Assembly (NCBI GenBank): GCA_964202905.1
Contig: CAXNJO010000007.1
Span: 1 to 64,000 of the forward strand
From: Polyangiales bacterium
GTDB lineage: Bacteria > Myxococcota_A > Polyangia > Polyangiales > JADJQN01
Reading direction: 5' to 3'
DNA: 64,000 bases
Numbering within the stretch: the first letter of the stretch is position 1; each line of letters starts with the position of its first letter. Under the pieces are notes generated by a model, which was not told the DNA's origin, ran no database searches, and saw only the letters and a program-made list of their open reading frames with translations. This document shows positions 1-9,254 of the stretch, one piece after another. The position numbers and the translations under genes were made by a program.

Positions 1-27
1 GGTCAGGGTTGACGCCGCCCCGCACGC

Positions 28-1795
28 GTGAAAGATGCGCGCGCCCGCGGCGCGTCGGATGCGCGCGGTGTGGGTTCTCCGAGGAGGTCTGTCGTGCGTC
101 GGCTTCGTGATTCGCTCGTGGTCGGCGTGGGGCTGCTGTGCGTCGGGGCCGGGCTCGCTGCGTGCGGCGGCGGGGGCGAGGGCGGCGCCGGGCCGCGGGA
201 TGCGGGGCGCGGGGCGCAGGTCGCGGATGGCGGCGTGGGGGCGGCTGCCGAGCCCGTGGATGCGGGGCCGCCGCCGCGGCTCTATGCGAAGCGCTTCGTG
301 GTCAACGTGCGGGTCGCGCCGGACAACGACTCGTTTCGGCAGGGTTATCTGCGCGGCGGGACGATCGCGCGGGCGAAGAACAGCGTGCCGCTCGAGCGCG
401 GGAAGCCGGGGTGTCTCGCGGGGTTCTGGGAGCTCGAGAGCGGCGGCTTCGTGTGCAACGTGCGCGATGTGGTCGCGTTCCAGGGGCGCAGGCCGCCCGA
501 GCGCCCGCCCACGGCCGCGGACCGCGAGGCGCCGCTGCCCTACGAATACGGCATCAACCGCCGCAACAACACGGCGATGTACCGGCGCCTGCCGACGGAT
601 GAAGAGGCCGCGGAGTTCGAGGGCTATCGCATCCCGGGCGCGGAGCCTGCCGGATGGGGGCGTCGCGGCGGAGGGGGCGGGCGCTGCAGGTGGTGAGGGC
701 GCGGCGGGCGCTGAGGGCGCTGGGGCCGAAGCGGCGAGTGCGGTCGGTGCGGGCGAGGGCGCTGCGGCCCCGAGCGAGCGAGCTGCGGGGGAGGGCGCGG
801 GGGCGCCGGCCGAAGCGGCGCCGAGCGGTGCGGGCACGGCGGCGATGCAGGCGATCGCGGAGGCGAATGCGCCGACCGAGCCCGTCGATGCGGGCGGGCC
901 GCCGACGCTCGCCTCGCTGCGCGGCGAGGAGGACAGCGCGCTGCTCCGGCGGCTCGTGAAGGGCTTCTATCTCAGCCTCGACCGCGATGTGCGGATTCGC
1001 CAGCGACGGTATTGGCGAACGCTGTCGAACGGCTACGTGCCCCACGACCGCCTCGCGAAGGTGCGCTGGCCGTCGTTCCGCGGGAAGGTGATCGACGGCA
1101 CCGAGGTCGCGCTGCCCGCCGCGTGGGTCGTCGTCGAGCGCGCGAGCACCTATCGCAAGGGGCCGGACGGCCGCCTGCGCCGCGCGGGGCAGGCCGCGTT
1201 TCACGACTTCTTCCGCGCGACGGGCACGGAGACGATCCGCGACGACGAGTACGTCGCCCTCGAGGGCGAGCGCTACATCAAGCGGCGCGAGGTGCGCTAC
1301 GTGACGACGGCGACGGAGCTCCCCGCGGGGCTCGCCGCCGACGAGAAGTGGATCGACGTCGACCTCGCGCAGCAGACGCTCGTCGCCTACGAGGGCGCGC
1401 GGCCCGTCTACGCCACGCTCGTCTCGACGGGGCGCATCATGGTGCCCGGCGACCCGGAGCTCGACCGCCGCACGCCGCCCGGGGACTACCGCATCACGAG
1501 CAAGCACGTCGCGACGACGATGGACGGCGACAGCGCCGTCGATGGCCCGTACTCCATCGAGGACGTGCCTTATGTCATGTATTTCCAGCTCGCCTATGCG
1601 CTGCACTCGGCCTTCTGGCACAACCGCTTCGGCCGCACGAAGAGCCACGGCTGCGTGAACCTCGCGCCGCTCGACGCGCGCTGGATCTTCGACTGGAGCC
1701 TGCCCGCGGTGCCCACACCGTGGCACGGCGCGTACCCCTCGCCGGAGCAGCCCGGCACGCGCCTCATCATCCGCGGCACGACGCCGGAGGGGTGA
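28..1795 (+). CDS. L,D-transpeptidase (YkuD-domain) lipoprotein; one frameshift near 650
   Basis: ORF 28..696 gives a lipobox-like LAAC and an N-terminal domain. The frame of ORF 35..1795 continues from about 650 with KWIDVDLAQQTLVAYEG...VSTG and the catalytic HSAFWH...SHGCVNL motif. True start uncertain. Confidence 0.85.
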
Positions 1796-1898
1796 GCGCG
1801 GCGCGGGGTGCGGCGTGGACGAGACGGGCCGATTCGCCCAGCCTGAAACCGATGCGTCGCTCGAGGACTCGAGTTGGGAAGGACACCGGCGAACCCCG

Positions 1899-2120
1899 GA
1901 AAACTCCGAGTTCTCAAAGTTGATTCGGAACGCCTCCGGGAGAACTCCGAGTTCTCGAAATCGATTCGGAAAGCTTCCGGGAGAACTCCGAGTTCTCGAG
2001 ATTGGTTTTGAAATCGATTCGGAGAACTCCGAGTTCTCGAGATTGGTTTTGAAATCGATTCGGAGAACTCCGAGTTCTCGAGATTGGTTTTGAAATCGAT
2101 TCGGAGAACTCCGAGTTCCC
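1899..2120. repeat. Tandem array: six copies of the 17-bp palindrome GAGAACTCCGAGTTCTC at an exact 41-bp period
   Basis: Copies start at 1899, 1940, 1981, 2022, 2063 and 2104 (first and last with one mismatch). The 24-bp intervals 3-5 are identical; intervals 1-2 resemble each other. Confidence 0.95.
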
Positions 2121-2335
2121 CTGCATCGTTTCTTTCGCAACCGGCCGGACTCGGTGGCGAGAAGGGGCGCGTCACGCCACCCACATCCGCTTTCACGCGA
2201 CTGACCACTGCACGAATCCACGCTCGAACGGCAGGCGTTTGACGCGCATCACCGCGACGGAACGACGACGCCCGCTCCGAGGGAGTCTCGGCGCGGGCGT
2301 GCGGGGTGGGGCGGCGCGGGGCCGCGTGCGGGGGC

Positions 2336-3355
2336 TCAGCGGCTGCGGAGGGCCTTGAGCAGGTTGCGGGCGCCGGGGCCGGCCTTGTTCGCGATGCGGT
2401 CGGCGACGGGGCGCGCGACGTTCGCGAAGGCGGTGCGCTCGGCGGGGGAGAGGCGATTCACGGTGATGCCCTGGCGGCCGAGGTTCTGCAGGAGAATCGG
2501 GTCCATGCGGCGGACGGACGTGCGGCCCTCGGTGATCAACGTGGCCGGCACGTTGCGGAGGAGCTGCTGGAGGTCGGGCGGGAGGCCGTCGAACCACGTC
2601 TTCGAGTAGACGATCACGCCGGGCTGATAGCAGTGCTCGCTCAGCGTCAGCTGGCGCGCGCCCTGATACCAGCTCGTCGCGAAGGTGAAGAGCGGGGTGT
2701 TGTCGAAGCCGTCGACGACGCCCGTCTGCAGGCTGGTGAGGACGTTGGTGACGTCGATGGGCACCGGGCTCGCGCCGAACGCGCGGTAGGTCTCGAGGTG
2801 CACCGGCGACTCCTGCGAGCGCATGCGCAGGCCGCGGAGATCGGCCGGGGTGCGGATGACCTTCTCCTTGGTGTACCAGCTGCGGAAGCCGTTCTCGGCC
2901 CAGAAGCCGAAGGAGAAGCCGCGCTTGGTGAGGAGCGCGCTGACCTGATCCCGCGTGCCCTGCGCGTCGAGCGCGGTGTCGGCCTGCGCGACGGTGTCGA
3001 AGAGATACGGCGCCTCGATGACGTCGAGCTCCGGGACGAGCGAGCCGAGCGCCGCGGCCGAGCCGCCGAACACCTGGATGGTGCCCTGCGAGGTGCGACG
3101 CACGAGGGCTTTCTCGCCGCCGAGCGAGCCGCCCATGAACATCTTCACCTGGATGCGCCCCTGCGAGCCCTCCTCGACGTAGCGCTTGAACTGCTTGAGC
3201 TGCTTCTCCCACGGCGTGCCCTCGGGGGCGACCGTGGCGATCTTCATTTGGATGCGGTCCTGCGCGCCGGCTTCCGGCCCGGCGACGACGAGGGCGACCG
3301 CGCAGAGCGCGGCGCTGACGAGGGCGAGCAGGAGCGTGAGCTTCTTGTGCGACAT
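2336..3355 (-). CDS. dctP: TRAP transporter substrate-binding protein, DctP family (TatP-type)
   Basis: Signal peptide, KIATVAPEGTPW, ENGFR, DLRGLRMR and LQTGVVDG motifs. Confidence 0.9.
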   Translation of the reverse strand: MSHKKLTLLLALVSAALCAVALVVAGPEAGAQDRIQMKIATVAPEGTPWEKQLKQFKRYVEEGSQGRIQVKMFMGGSLGGEKALVRRTSQGTIQVFGGSAAALGSLVPELDVIEAPYLFDTVAQADTALDAQGTRDQVSALLTKRGFSFGFWAENGFRSWYTKEKVIRTPADLRGLRMRSQESPVHLETYRAFGASPVPIDVTNVLTSLQTGVVDGFDNTPLFTFATSWYQGARQLTLSEHCYQPGVIVYSKTWFDGLPPDLQQLLRNVPATLITEGRTSVRRMDPILLQNLGRQGITVNRLSPAERTAFANVARPVADRIANKAGPGARNLLKALRSR

Positions 3356-3447
3356 CGGGGCCTCCGGGGAGAGCGGCTCTGGGCGGCCGTGGGACGGAGC
3401 TCCACGGTGTTTTGTTCAGCGTTGGGGCCCGCGGCGTGGCGCGGCGC

Positions 3448-4374
3448 TCACTCGAAGAGCTCGTCGGCGCGCGCGAGGAGCTCGCGGGCCTTGCGCTGCT
3501 CGACGAGGTTCTCGGGGGCGACGTCCGGGAGCGCGTTCGCGTCGCCGTCGATGACGAGGCGGAGCTGCTCCTCGAAGAGCGCACGGTTCTGGGACTTCTG
3601 CGCGTAGTCGCCGGCGAAGAGGACGTGGGTCGCGAAGTAGCGCGGCTCGATCGCGATCGACGCCTCGAAGTGCTCCTTCGACTTCGCGAGGTCGCCGCCG
3701 GCGTAGGCCGGGGCGCGCGAGAAGAACGCGCCGAAGTAGCGGTGCGGCGCGCCGTAGAAGAAGTTGGCGTCGAGCTCGAGGCAGCGCGACATGACCGCGC
3801 GGATCTCGTCCTTGTAGGAGAGCAGCGTCGCGAAGCCCTGCGCCGACGCCCACTTGCCGAGGTTCGTCGAGCGCCAGTAGAGCGCCGGGACCGCGCTGCG
3901 ATCGAAGAGGTTCATGACCTCTTCGATGCGGGCGCCCTCGCGCATCCGCGTCGCGAACGCCGGCGAGAGCGCGACGAGGCCGCGCTCCGCGGCGCGCGTG
4001 CCCTTCTCGAAGGTCGAGAGCATCTCGTCCTGCTTGCTCTCGTCGAACGACAGATGCCCGTCCGCGAGGAAGTAGTAGCCGCGCGAGAGCGCCGCCCACT
4101 CGTCCGCGTTCGAGCCGTCCATCGCGAGCGCCTCTTCCCACTTGGCGATCGCCACCCGGAGCTTCGCCTCGTCGCCGCGCTCGGACCAGGCCGCGGAGGC
4201 CTCGGCGAGGATCGCCGTACGCCGCGCTTGCGCGTCCGGAGCGGCCGCCTGTGCGGCGGCGGTGGGTGCAGTGGTTTCTTCCTCCCACACCGACTGGCGG
4301 CTCGAGCCGCAACCCACCGAGAGCAGCGCGCCCGCCGCGAGCAAGAGAATCCCCGTGAACGGATGCCTCGTCAT
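3448..4374 (-). CDS. TRAP-associated TPR lipoprotein, TatT family
   Basis: GGAGG RBS before ATG 4374; lipobox LSVGC; helical TPR-like body with ALYW and PAYAGGDLAKSKEHFE; directly upstream of dctP. Confidence 0.8.
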   Translation of the reverse strand: MTRHPFTGILLLAAGALLSVGCGSSRQSVWEEETTAPTAAAQAAAPDAQARRTAILAEASAAWSERGDEAKLRVAIAKWEEALAMDGSNADEWAALSRGYYFLADGHLSFDESKQDEMLSTFEKGTRAAERGLVALSPAFATRMREGARIEEVMNLFDRSAVPALYWRSTNLGKWASAQGFATLLSYKDEIRAVMSRCLELDANFFYGAPHRYFGAFFSRAPAYAGGDLAKSKEHFEASIAIEPRYFATHVLFAGDYAQKSQNRALFEEQLRLVIDGDANALPDVAPENLVEQRKARELLARADELFE

Positions 4375-4419
4375 GACCCCTCCGTGAGCGCGCGACGAAC
4401 CGGCCGCGCAACGCGGAGC

Positions 4420-4449
4420 GGGATAACACCGGGCGCTTCGGGGTGTCAA
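4420..4449 (-). promoter_or_regulatory. Candidate sigma70 promoter for tatT-dctP
   Basis: Minus strand reads TTGACA-18 nt-TATCCC with a TG before the -10 element. Confidence 0.45.
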
Positions 4450-4562
4450 CGCCGGCCGGGCGTGTCGGGTGCGCGAGGGCACGCGGCGTCCCGGGACGAG
4501 GGCATGCACGGCGGCGTGCACCTTTTTTGGAGCGGTATGTGAGTTGAGTCAGTTTGTGTAGG

Positions 4563-6059
4563 ATGGAGCGTACATCTACCCCGGTCGCCCTCCTGCTCAC
4601 CCTCTCGGTCGCCGCCCTGATGGTGGGGGCTGTGAACCCCGTTCTCGCGCAGGATGTGTGGACGAACCCGTATCCCGGGGTCCGACACCTCCACCGCGAG
4701 CGCGAGCGCGTCGACCTGCACGTGATGGTGGTCGACCTCACGGCGCCGGAGGTCTCGCTCGTCTCGACGCAGCCCGCAGACCGCGGGATCCCGGTCGGGG
4801 ACTTCGCCCGGGAGTACGGGGCGGAGATCGCGCTCAACGCGAACTACTTCGACGGCGGCTACCGTCCGTGCGGCCTCGCGGCCGGGGGCGGCCGGGCCTG
4901 GGGCGACGCGTACGAAGAGGAGTGCAGCGCGAGCCTCGGCTTCGGCGCGCTGAACGAGGCGCTCGCCTTCGACTCGGCGCAGACGCTCCGGTCGACGCCC
5001 GAGCCGTGGATGCGTGAGGTCGTGAGCGGCAAGCCCTGGCTCGTGCGGGACGGCGTGGCGCTCACCGGTTGGCTCGCGCCGGGCCACATCGGCGGGCGGC
5101 ACCCGCGCACGGCCGCGGGGCTCTCGCGCGACCGCAAGACGCTGATCCTCCTCGTCGCCGATGGGCGCAAGGCGGACGCGATCGGGCTCGATGGGGACGA
5201 GCTCGCGGCGGTGCTGCTCGAGTTCGGCGCGTGGGACGCGTTCAACCTCGACGGCGGTGGCTCGAGCGAGCTCTACGTGAAGGCCGAGGGCGGCGTGCAG
5301 AACCGGCCGTCCGATGGGCAGGGGCGCGGCGTGGGCAACCACCTCGGCATCCGCATCGCCCGCGGGGCCCGCTGGTACGGCGCGGCGCTCGAGACGGCCG
5401 CGACGCGCGGTGAGCTCGCGCCCGGTGCGCGCGGCACGTTCTCGGCGACCTACCGCAACGTGGGTCGTGCGCCGTGGGGCCCGGACGTGGTGCTCGCGGC
5501 GGCGTCGGGACGGCCGAGCGCGCTCTGGGACCCGGCGACGTGGCGCTCGACGCGCGTGGGCGTGCCGGCGTCGACGCGCGTCGCGCCGGGCGGCCTCGTC
5601 ACGTTCGCCCTGCCCGCGTCGGCGCCGATCGCGGCGGGTGAGTTCTACGAGGCGTTCGTGCCCTCGCTGCCCGGCGTCGGCGCGATCCCCGACGCGCCGC
5701 CGGTCGAGCTGCACGTCACCGTGCGCCGCGAGGCGGTCGTGGCCGAGCGACGGCGGGTCGAGGCGGCGCGTCCCGCGTCGACGGTCGCGGCTCCGACGCG
5801 CGACGCGGACGACGCGGCGCTCGCTGCGCAGCTCGACACCGCCCTCGGTGGTCGGCTCGATGCCGGGCCGGTCGTGGCGGCCTCGGTGGGCGCGGTGCCG
5901 GCGGTGCAGGAGGCGTCGCTCGTCGGCGGCGGTGCGTGGTTCGTGCTCGTGAGCGTCGCGGGGGGCCTTGCGGTCGTCGCGTGGTCGCGGACGCGCCGCG
6001 CCGTCCTCGCGGGGGCGCGCCGCAACGTGCGCCGTGCGCCGGTGTCCCCCTCGGTCTGA
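4563..6059 (+). CDS. Phosphodiester glycosidase (NAGPA-like) family secreted protein with an Ig-like domain and C-terminal membrane anchor
   Basis: Signal peptide; ALNANYF, HPRTAAG, ADGR and AFNLDGGGSS motifs; YRNVGRAPW Ig-like segment; hydrophobic helix plus Arg-rich tail. Confidence 0.85.
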   Translation: MERTSTPVALLLTLSVAALMVGAVNPVLAQDVWTNPYPGVRHLHRERERVDLHVMVVDLTAPEVSLVSTQPADRGIPVGDFAREYGAEIALNANYFDGGYRPCGLAAGGGRAWGDAYEEECSASLGFGALNEALAFDSAQTLRSTPEPWMREVVSGKPWLVRDGVALTGWLAPGHIGGRHPRTAAGLSRDRKTLILLVADGRKADAIGLDGDELAAVLLEFGAWDAFNLDGGGSSELYVKAEGGVQNRPSDGQGRGVGNHLGIRIARGARWYGAALETAATRGELAPGARGTFSATYRNVGRAPWGPDVVLAAASGRPSALWDPATWRSTRVGVPASTRVAPGGLVTFALPASAPIAAGEFYEAFVPSLPGVGAIPDAPPVELHVTVRREAVVAERRRVEAARPASTVAAPTRDADDAALAAQLDTALGGRLDAGPVVAASVGAVPAVQEASLVGGGAWFVLVSVAGGLAVVAWSRTRRAVLAGARRNVRRAPVSPSV

Positions 6060-6101
6060 ACGCGCGGATCTCCCCGGTACGTGAGGATTTTCGCGCTTCG
6101 T

Positions 6102-8156
6102 TCAGGGCGCGGCGGGCGTCTCGGTGAGGCCGTCGAGGAGCTGCCGCATCTGTTCGCGCGTCTGCTCGACGCCACCTGTCACGCTGCCGTCGAGCGAGCG
6201 CATGTCCATCTGCGAGAGCACGACGCGCAGCGCGAAGGCCTCGTCGTGGAACGTGTCGGCGGCGCGCGCGACGAACGCCTCGTCCGTCTCGTCGGGCTTG
6301 TCGCGCTCGCGCGGTCGCCGCGCGACGTCGACGCACTCGAGCTGCGCGCCGTCCGGGTCGCGCAGGCAGATGCGGAGCTGCGCGTCCGTGCCGGACACGG
6401 CGACGGTGAAGCCGGCGTCGTCGTCGTCGAGACGCGGGCTGCGCGCGAGCACGTCCGCGACGTCCTCGGCGATCCCACCGCTGCCCGCGACGACGTGGCC
6501 CGGGAGCGCGAGGCCCATGCGGCGGATGGTGCCCGCGTCGAGGCGCATCACGCGGATGAAGTGACCGAACGCGGCGCGGTCGTCGCCGCGCTCCTGCTCG
6601 GCCTGCGCCGCGACGGCCTCGGTGCGCGCGCGGAGCAGCACATCGGCCTCCGGGAGGCGCTCGAGGGCGCGCCGCGCGAGCGCGACGGCCTCGTCCGCGT
6701 CGCCCTGCGCGAGCGCGACCTCGGCGCCGAGCGCATCGTGGTAGGGCGCGACCGCGGGGAAGTCGCGGTCCGCCTCGCGCGCGGCCTCCAGCGCGACGGC
6801 GACGACGCCTGCGCCGAGCGTGTCGACGAGGTCGCCGAGCAGCCACACCGGCACGGGCTCGATGCCACCGCGGACGTTCACGCGCAGGGTCGCGACGAGC
6901 CGATCCTCGTCGGCGAGCGCGCCCGCGATGCGCTCCGCGTCGCGCGAGGCGCCGAGCGTGCCCCACCCGATCGCGAGCCGATCGGCGATGCGCTGGAAGA
7001 AACCGCCGGACATGGCGCCCTCGATGTCGCGCTCGGCCTTCGCGCGGGAGAGCGCCCGGTGCAGCAGCGCGTTGGCGCCGTGGGCCTGCTCGGGCGTCGT
7101 CGTCGTGAGTCCGCGGCGGTCGGGGCGCTCCATCGCGCGATCGACGAGCGTGAGCGCCGCGTCGAGCTCGCCGGCGACGAGCAGCACCGTCGCGAGCGCG
7201 GAGTCCGTCTCGGCGTGGTCCTGATCGCGCAGCTGCGCCGGCTGACGCGCGCGCCAGCGCTGCATCTCGCGCGCGGCCTCGACCGCGTCGCCCGCGCGCC
7301 CCGCGTCCGCGTGCATCCGCGCGAGCAGACGCCACGGGTTCGCGGTGGTGAACTCGAGGCGGCGCGTGCCCTCTTCGGCGAGCGCGCGCGCGCCGGCGTG
7401 GTCGAGCATCGCGAGCGCACCGAGCGCCGCGTTGTAGGCATGGACCGCGATTTGCTGTGTGTTCTCGGGATGTTGCGGATCGGCAGGCGCTGCCGCGCGT
7501 CGCCGCGCGGCCTCGAGCGCCGCGAGGCAGGCGTCGCGCTGCGGCTTGCGCGTGCGCGCTTCGGCCTCGATCGCGCAGAGCCCGTTCAGGCCGAGCGAGG
7601 CCTCCCAGCGGTCGTTCGTCGCGATGGCGCGCCGCGCGAACTCGCGCGCCTCGTCGAAGCGGCCGAGGTGCAGCAGCGGCCAGGCGTGCTCGGCGAGCAG
7701 GTCGGGGTCGTACAAGGAGTCGTAGAACTCCAGCATCTGCACCTGGTACTCGTACTCCTCGATCTCGCCGGCGAGCTGCGTGATCGCGAAGAGCACCTCC
7801 TGGTGCAGGTGCCACGGCGCGCCGGGCGGACGGTTGACGCCCCAACGCTCCTCGTAGAGCTCGCGGGCGCGGCCGAGGTGGTACATCGCGCGGGCGAGCG
7901 AGCCCTCGGCCTCGCGCAGCGTGACGCCCGCGATGTAGTGGCCCATGACGGATTCCGGGTTCCGTGCGAGGAGCTTCTCGGCGCGGGAGCGCGCGGACAC
8001 GAGCTTGTTGTCGCCGTAGAGCGCGTAGGCCTCGAGCTCCTCCGGCGTGCCCGTGATGCCCGCGGGCGGCTGCTGCGCGGTCGCGGGCGCGAGCGCGAGC
8101 AGCGCGGCGGAGAGCGCACACGCGCAGACGAGCAGCGGGACGAGACGCGCGCGCAC
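6102..8156 (-). CDS. Secreted TPR-like all-helical protein
   Basis: Signal peptide, then repeated helical TPR-like units; last gene of the MoxR operon. Confidence 0.7.
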   Translation of the reverse strand: MRARLVPLLVCACALSAALLALAPATAQQPPAGITGTPEELEAYALYGDNKLVSARSRAEKLLARNPESVMGHYIAGVTLREAEGSLARAMYHLGRARELYEERWGVNRPPGAPWHLHQEVLFAITQLAGEIEEYEYQVQMLEFYDSLYDPDLLAEHAWPLLHLGRFDEAREFARRAIATNDRWEASLGLNGLCAIEAEARTRKPQRDACLAALEAARRRAAAPADPQHPENTQQIAVHAYNAALGALAMLDHAGARALAEEGTRRLEFTTANPWRLLARMHADAGRAGDAVEAAREMQRWRARQPAQLRDQDHAETDSALATVLLVAGELDAALTLVDRAMERPDRRGLTTTTPEQAHGANALLHRALSRAKAERDIEGAMSGGFFQRIADRLAIGWGTLGASRDAERIAGALADEDRLVATLRVNVRGGIEPVPVWLLGDLVDTLGAGVVAVALEAAREADRDFPAVAPYHDALGAEVALAQGDADEAVALARRALERLPEADVLLRARTEAVAAQAEQERGDDRAAFGHFIRVMRLDAGTIRRMGLALPGHVVAGSGGIAEDVADVLARSPRLDDDDAGFTVAVSGTDAQLRICLRDPDGAQLECVDVARRPRERDKPDETDEAFVARAADTFHDEAFALRVVLSQMDMRSLDGSVTGGVEQTREQMRQLLDGLTETPAAP

Positions 8157-8160
8157 GGAA

Positions 8161-9210
8161 TCAGCGCCTCATCGTCGCGCGGGCGAGCACGTCGAGCGGG
8201 GGGCCGATGCAGTCGCGGAGCACCTGATCGCCGTGCTCGGCGCCGGGCGCGTACTCGAGGCGATGCGAGAACACGTACTGCGAAAGCGCCTCGACGTCCT
8301 CGGCGGTGACGTAATCGCGGACGCGCGTGAGCGCGCGCGCCTGCAGCGCCGGGATCATCAGGACGAGCGACCGTGTCGACGCGCCCTGCAGCACGCGCGG
8401 GTCGGTGCGCGTGCGCTGCGCGATGTCGACGAGGCACTCGCGGATCTCGGGCGCGACGTGCACGAGCCCCTCGCAGACGTTGCGCGCGTCGATGATCTCG
8501 GTGCGCGTCGCGCGCGGCAGCTCTTGCCCGACGCCCGCCCGGCGCGTCTTGTAGCTCGCGAGCACCTCGAGCTCCGCGTCGCGCGGGATGTGCTTCATCT
8601 TGATCTTGAAGAGGAAGCGATCGAGCTGCGCGCTCGGGAGCGGGAAGGTGCCCGCGAGATCGAGCGGGTTCTGCGTCGCGATGACGAGGAAGAGCGGGTC
8701 GAGTTTGCGGGTGCGGTTGTCGACCGTGACCTGCTTCTCGGCCATCGCCTCGAGCATCGCGCTCTGCACCTTCGGCGAGGTGCGGTTGATCTCGTCGGCG
8801 AGGACGATGTGGGCGAAGATCGGGCCCGGACGGTAGAAGAAGCGGTTGGTGTTGGGGTCGAAGATCGTCGTGCCCGTGACGTCGCTCGGCAGCAGGTCGG
8901 GCGTGAACTGGATGCGCCGGAACGCGACGATGTCGTCGTCGGGGCGGTCATCGACGATGCAGTCGCCGAGCGCCTTCGCGAGCGTCGTCTTGCCGGAGCC
9001 GGGGTAATCCTCGAGCAGCACGTGCCCGTCGGCGAGCATCGCGACGATGATCATCTCGATCACCTCGTCGCGGCCGCGCACCGCTGCCTGGAGCCGCGCG
9101 CGCAGCCGCTGCACGACGCCGTACGCGCTGTTGAGATCGGTGATTGGCGGCGCGAGCGTGTGCGTGATGTGCTCGCTGTTCTGGAAGTCGTTCTCGATCG
9201 CTTCGCTCAT
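8161..9210 (-). CDS. moxR: MoxR-family AAA+ ATPase
   Basis: GHVLLEDYPGSGKT Walker A, RIQFTPDLLPSD, LADEINR, ATQNP and LDRF; ATG at 9210. Confidence 0.95.
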   Translation of the reverse strand: MSEAIENDFQNSEHITHTLAPPITDLNSAYGVVQRLRARLQAAVRGRDEVIEMIIVAMLADGHVLLEDYPGSGKTTLAKALGDCIVDDRPDDDIVAFRRIQFTPDLLPSDVTGTTIFDPNTNRFFYRPGPIFAHIVLADEINRTSPKVQSAMLEAMAEKQVTVDNRTRKLDPLFLVIATQNPLDLAGTFPLPSAQLDRFLFKIKMKHIPRDAELEVLASYKTRRAGVGQELPRATRTEIIDARNVCEGLVHVAPEIRECLVDIAQRTRTDPRVLQGASTRSLVLMIPALQARALTRVRDYVTAEDVEALSQYVFSHRLEYAPGAEHGDQVLRDCIGPPLDVLARATMRR

Positions 9211-9254
9211 GGGGCACCTGTCCGGGGGGGACGTCTCGAGGGGGGCTTCGCGCG

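Noticed and set aside
1899..2120. CRISPR array
   Set aside because: The repeat is only 17 bp, three of five intervals are identical and the others are related, and there are no cas genes in the window.
1594..2221. ORFs with ENSEFS/RTRSS repeats
   Set aside because: They are translations of the DNA repeat; a 41-bp period is not a multiple of three and codon usage is atypical.
2160..2330. Short minus-strand peptide MRVKRLPFERGFVQWSVA as a gene remnant
   Set aside because: Too short, with no RBS or recognisable family.
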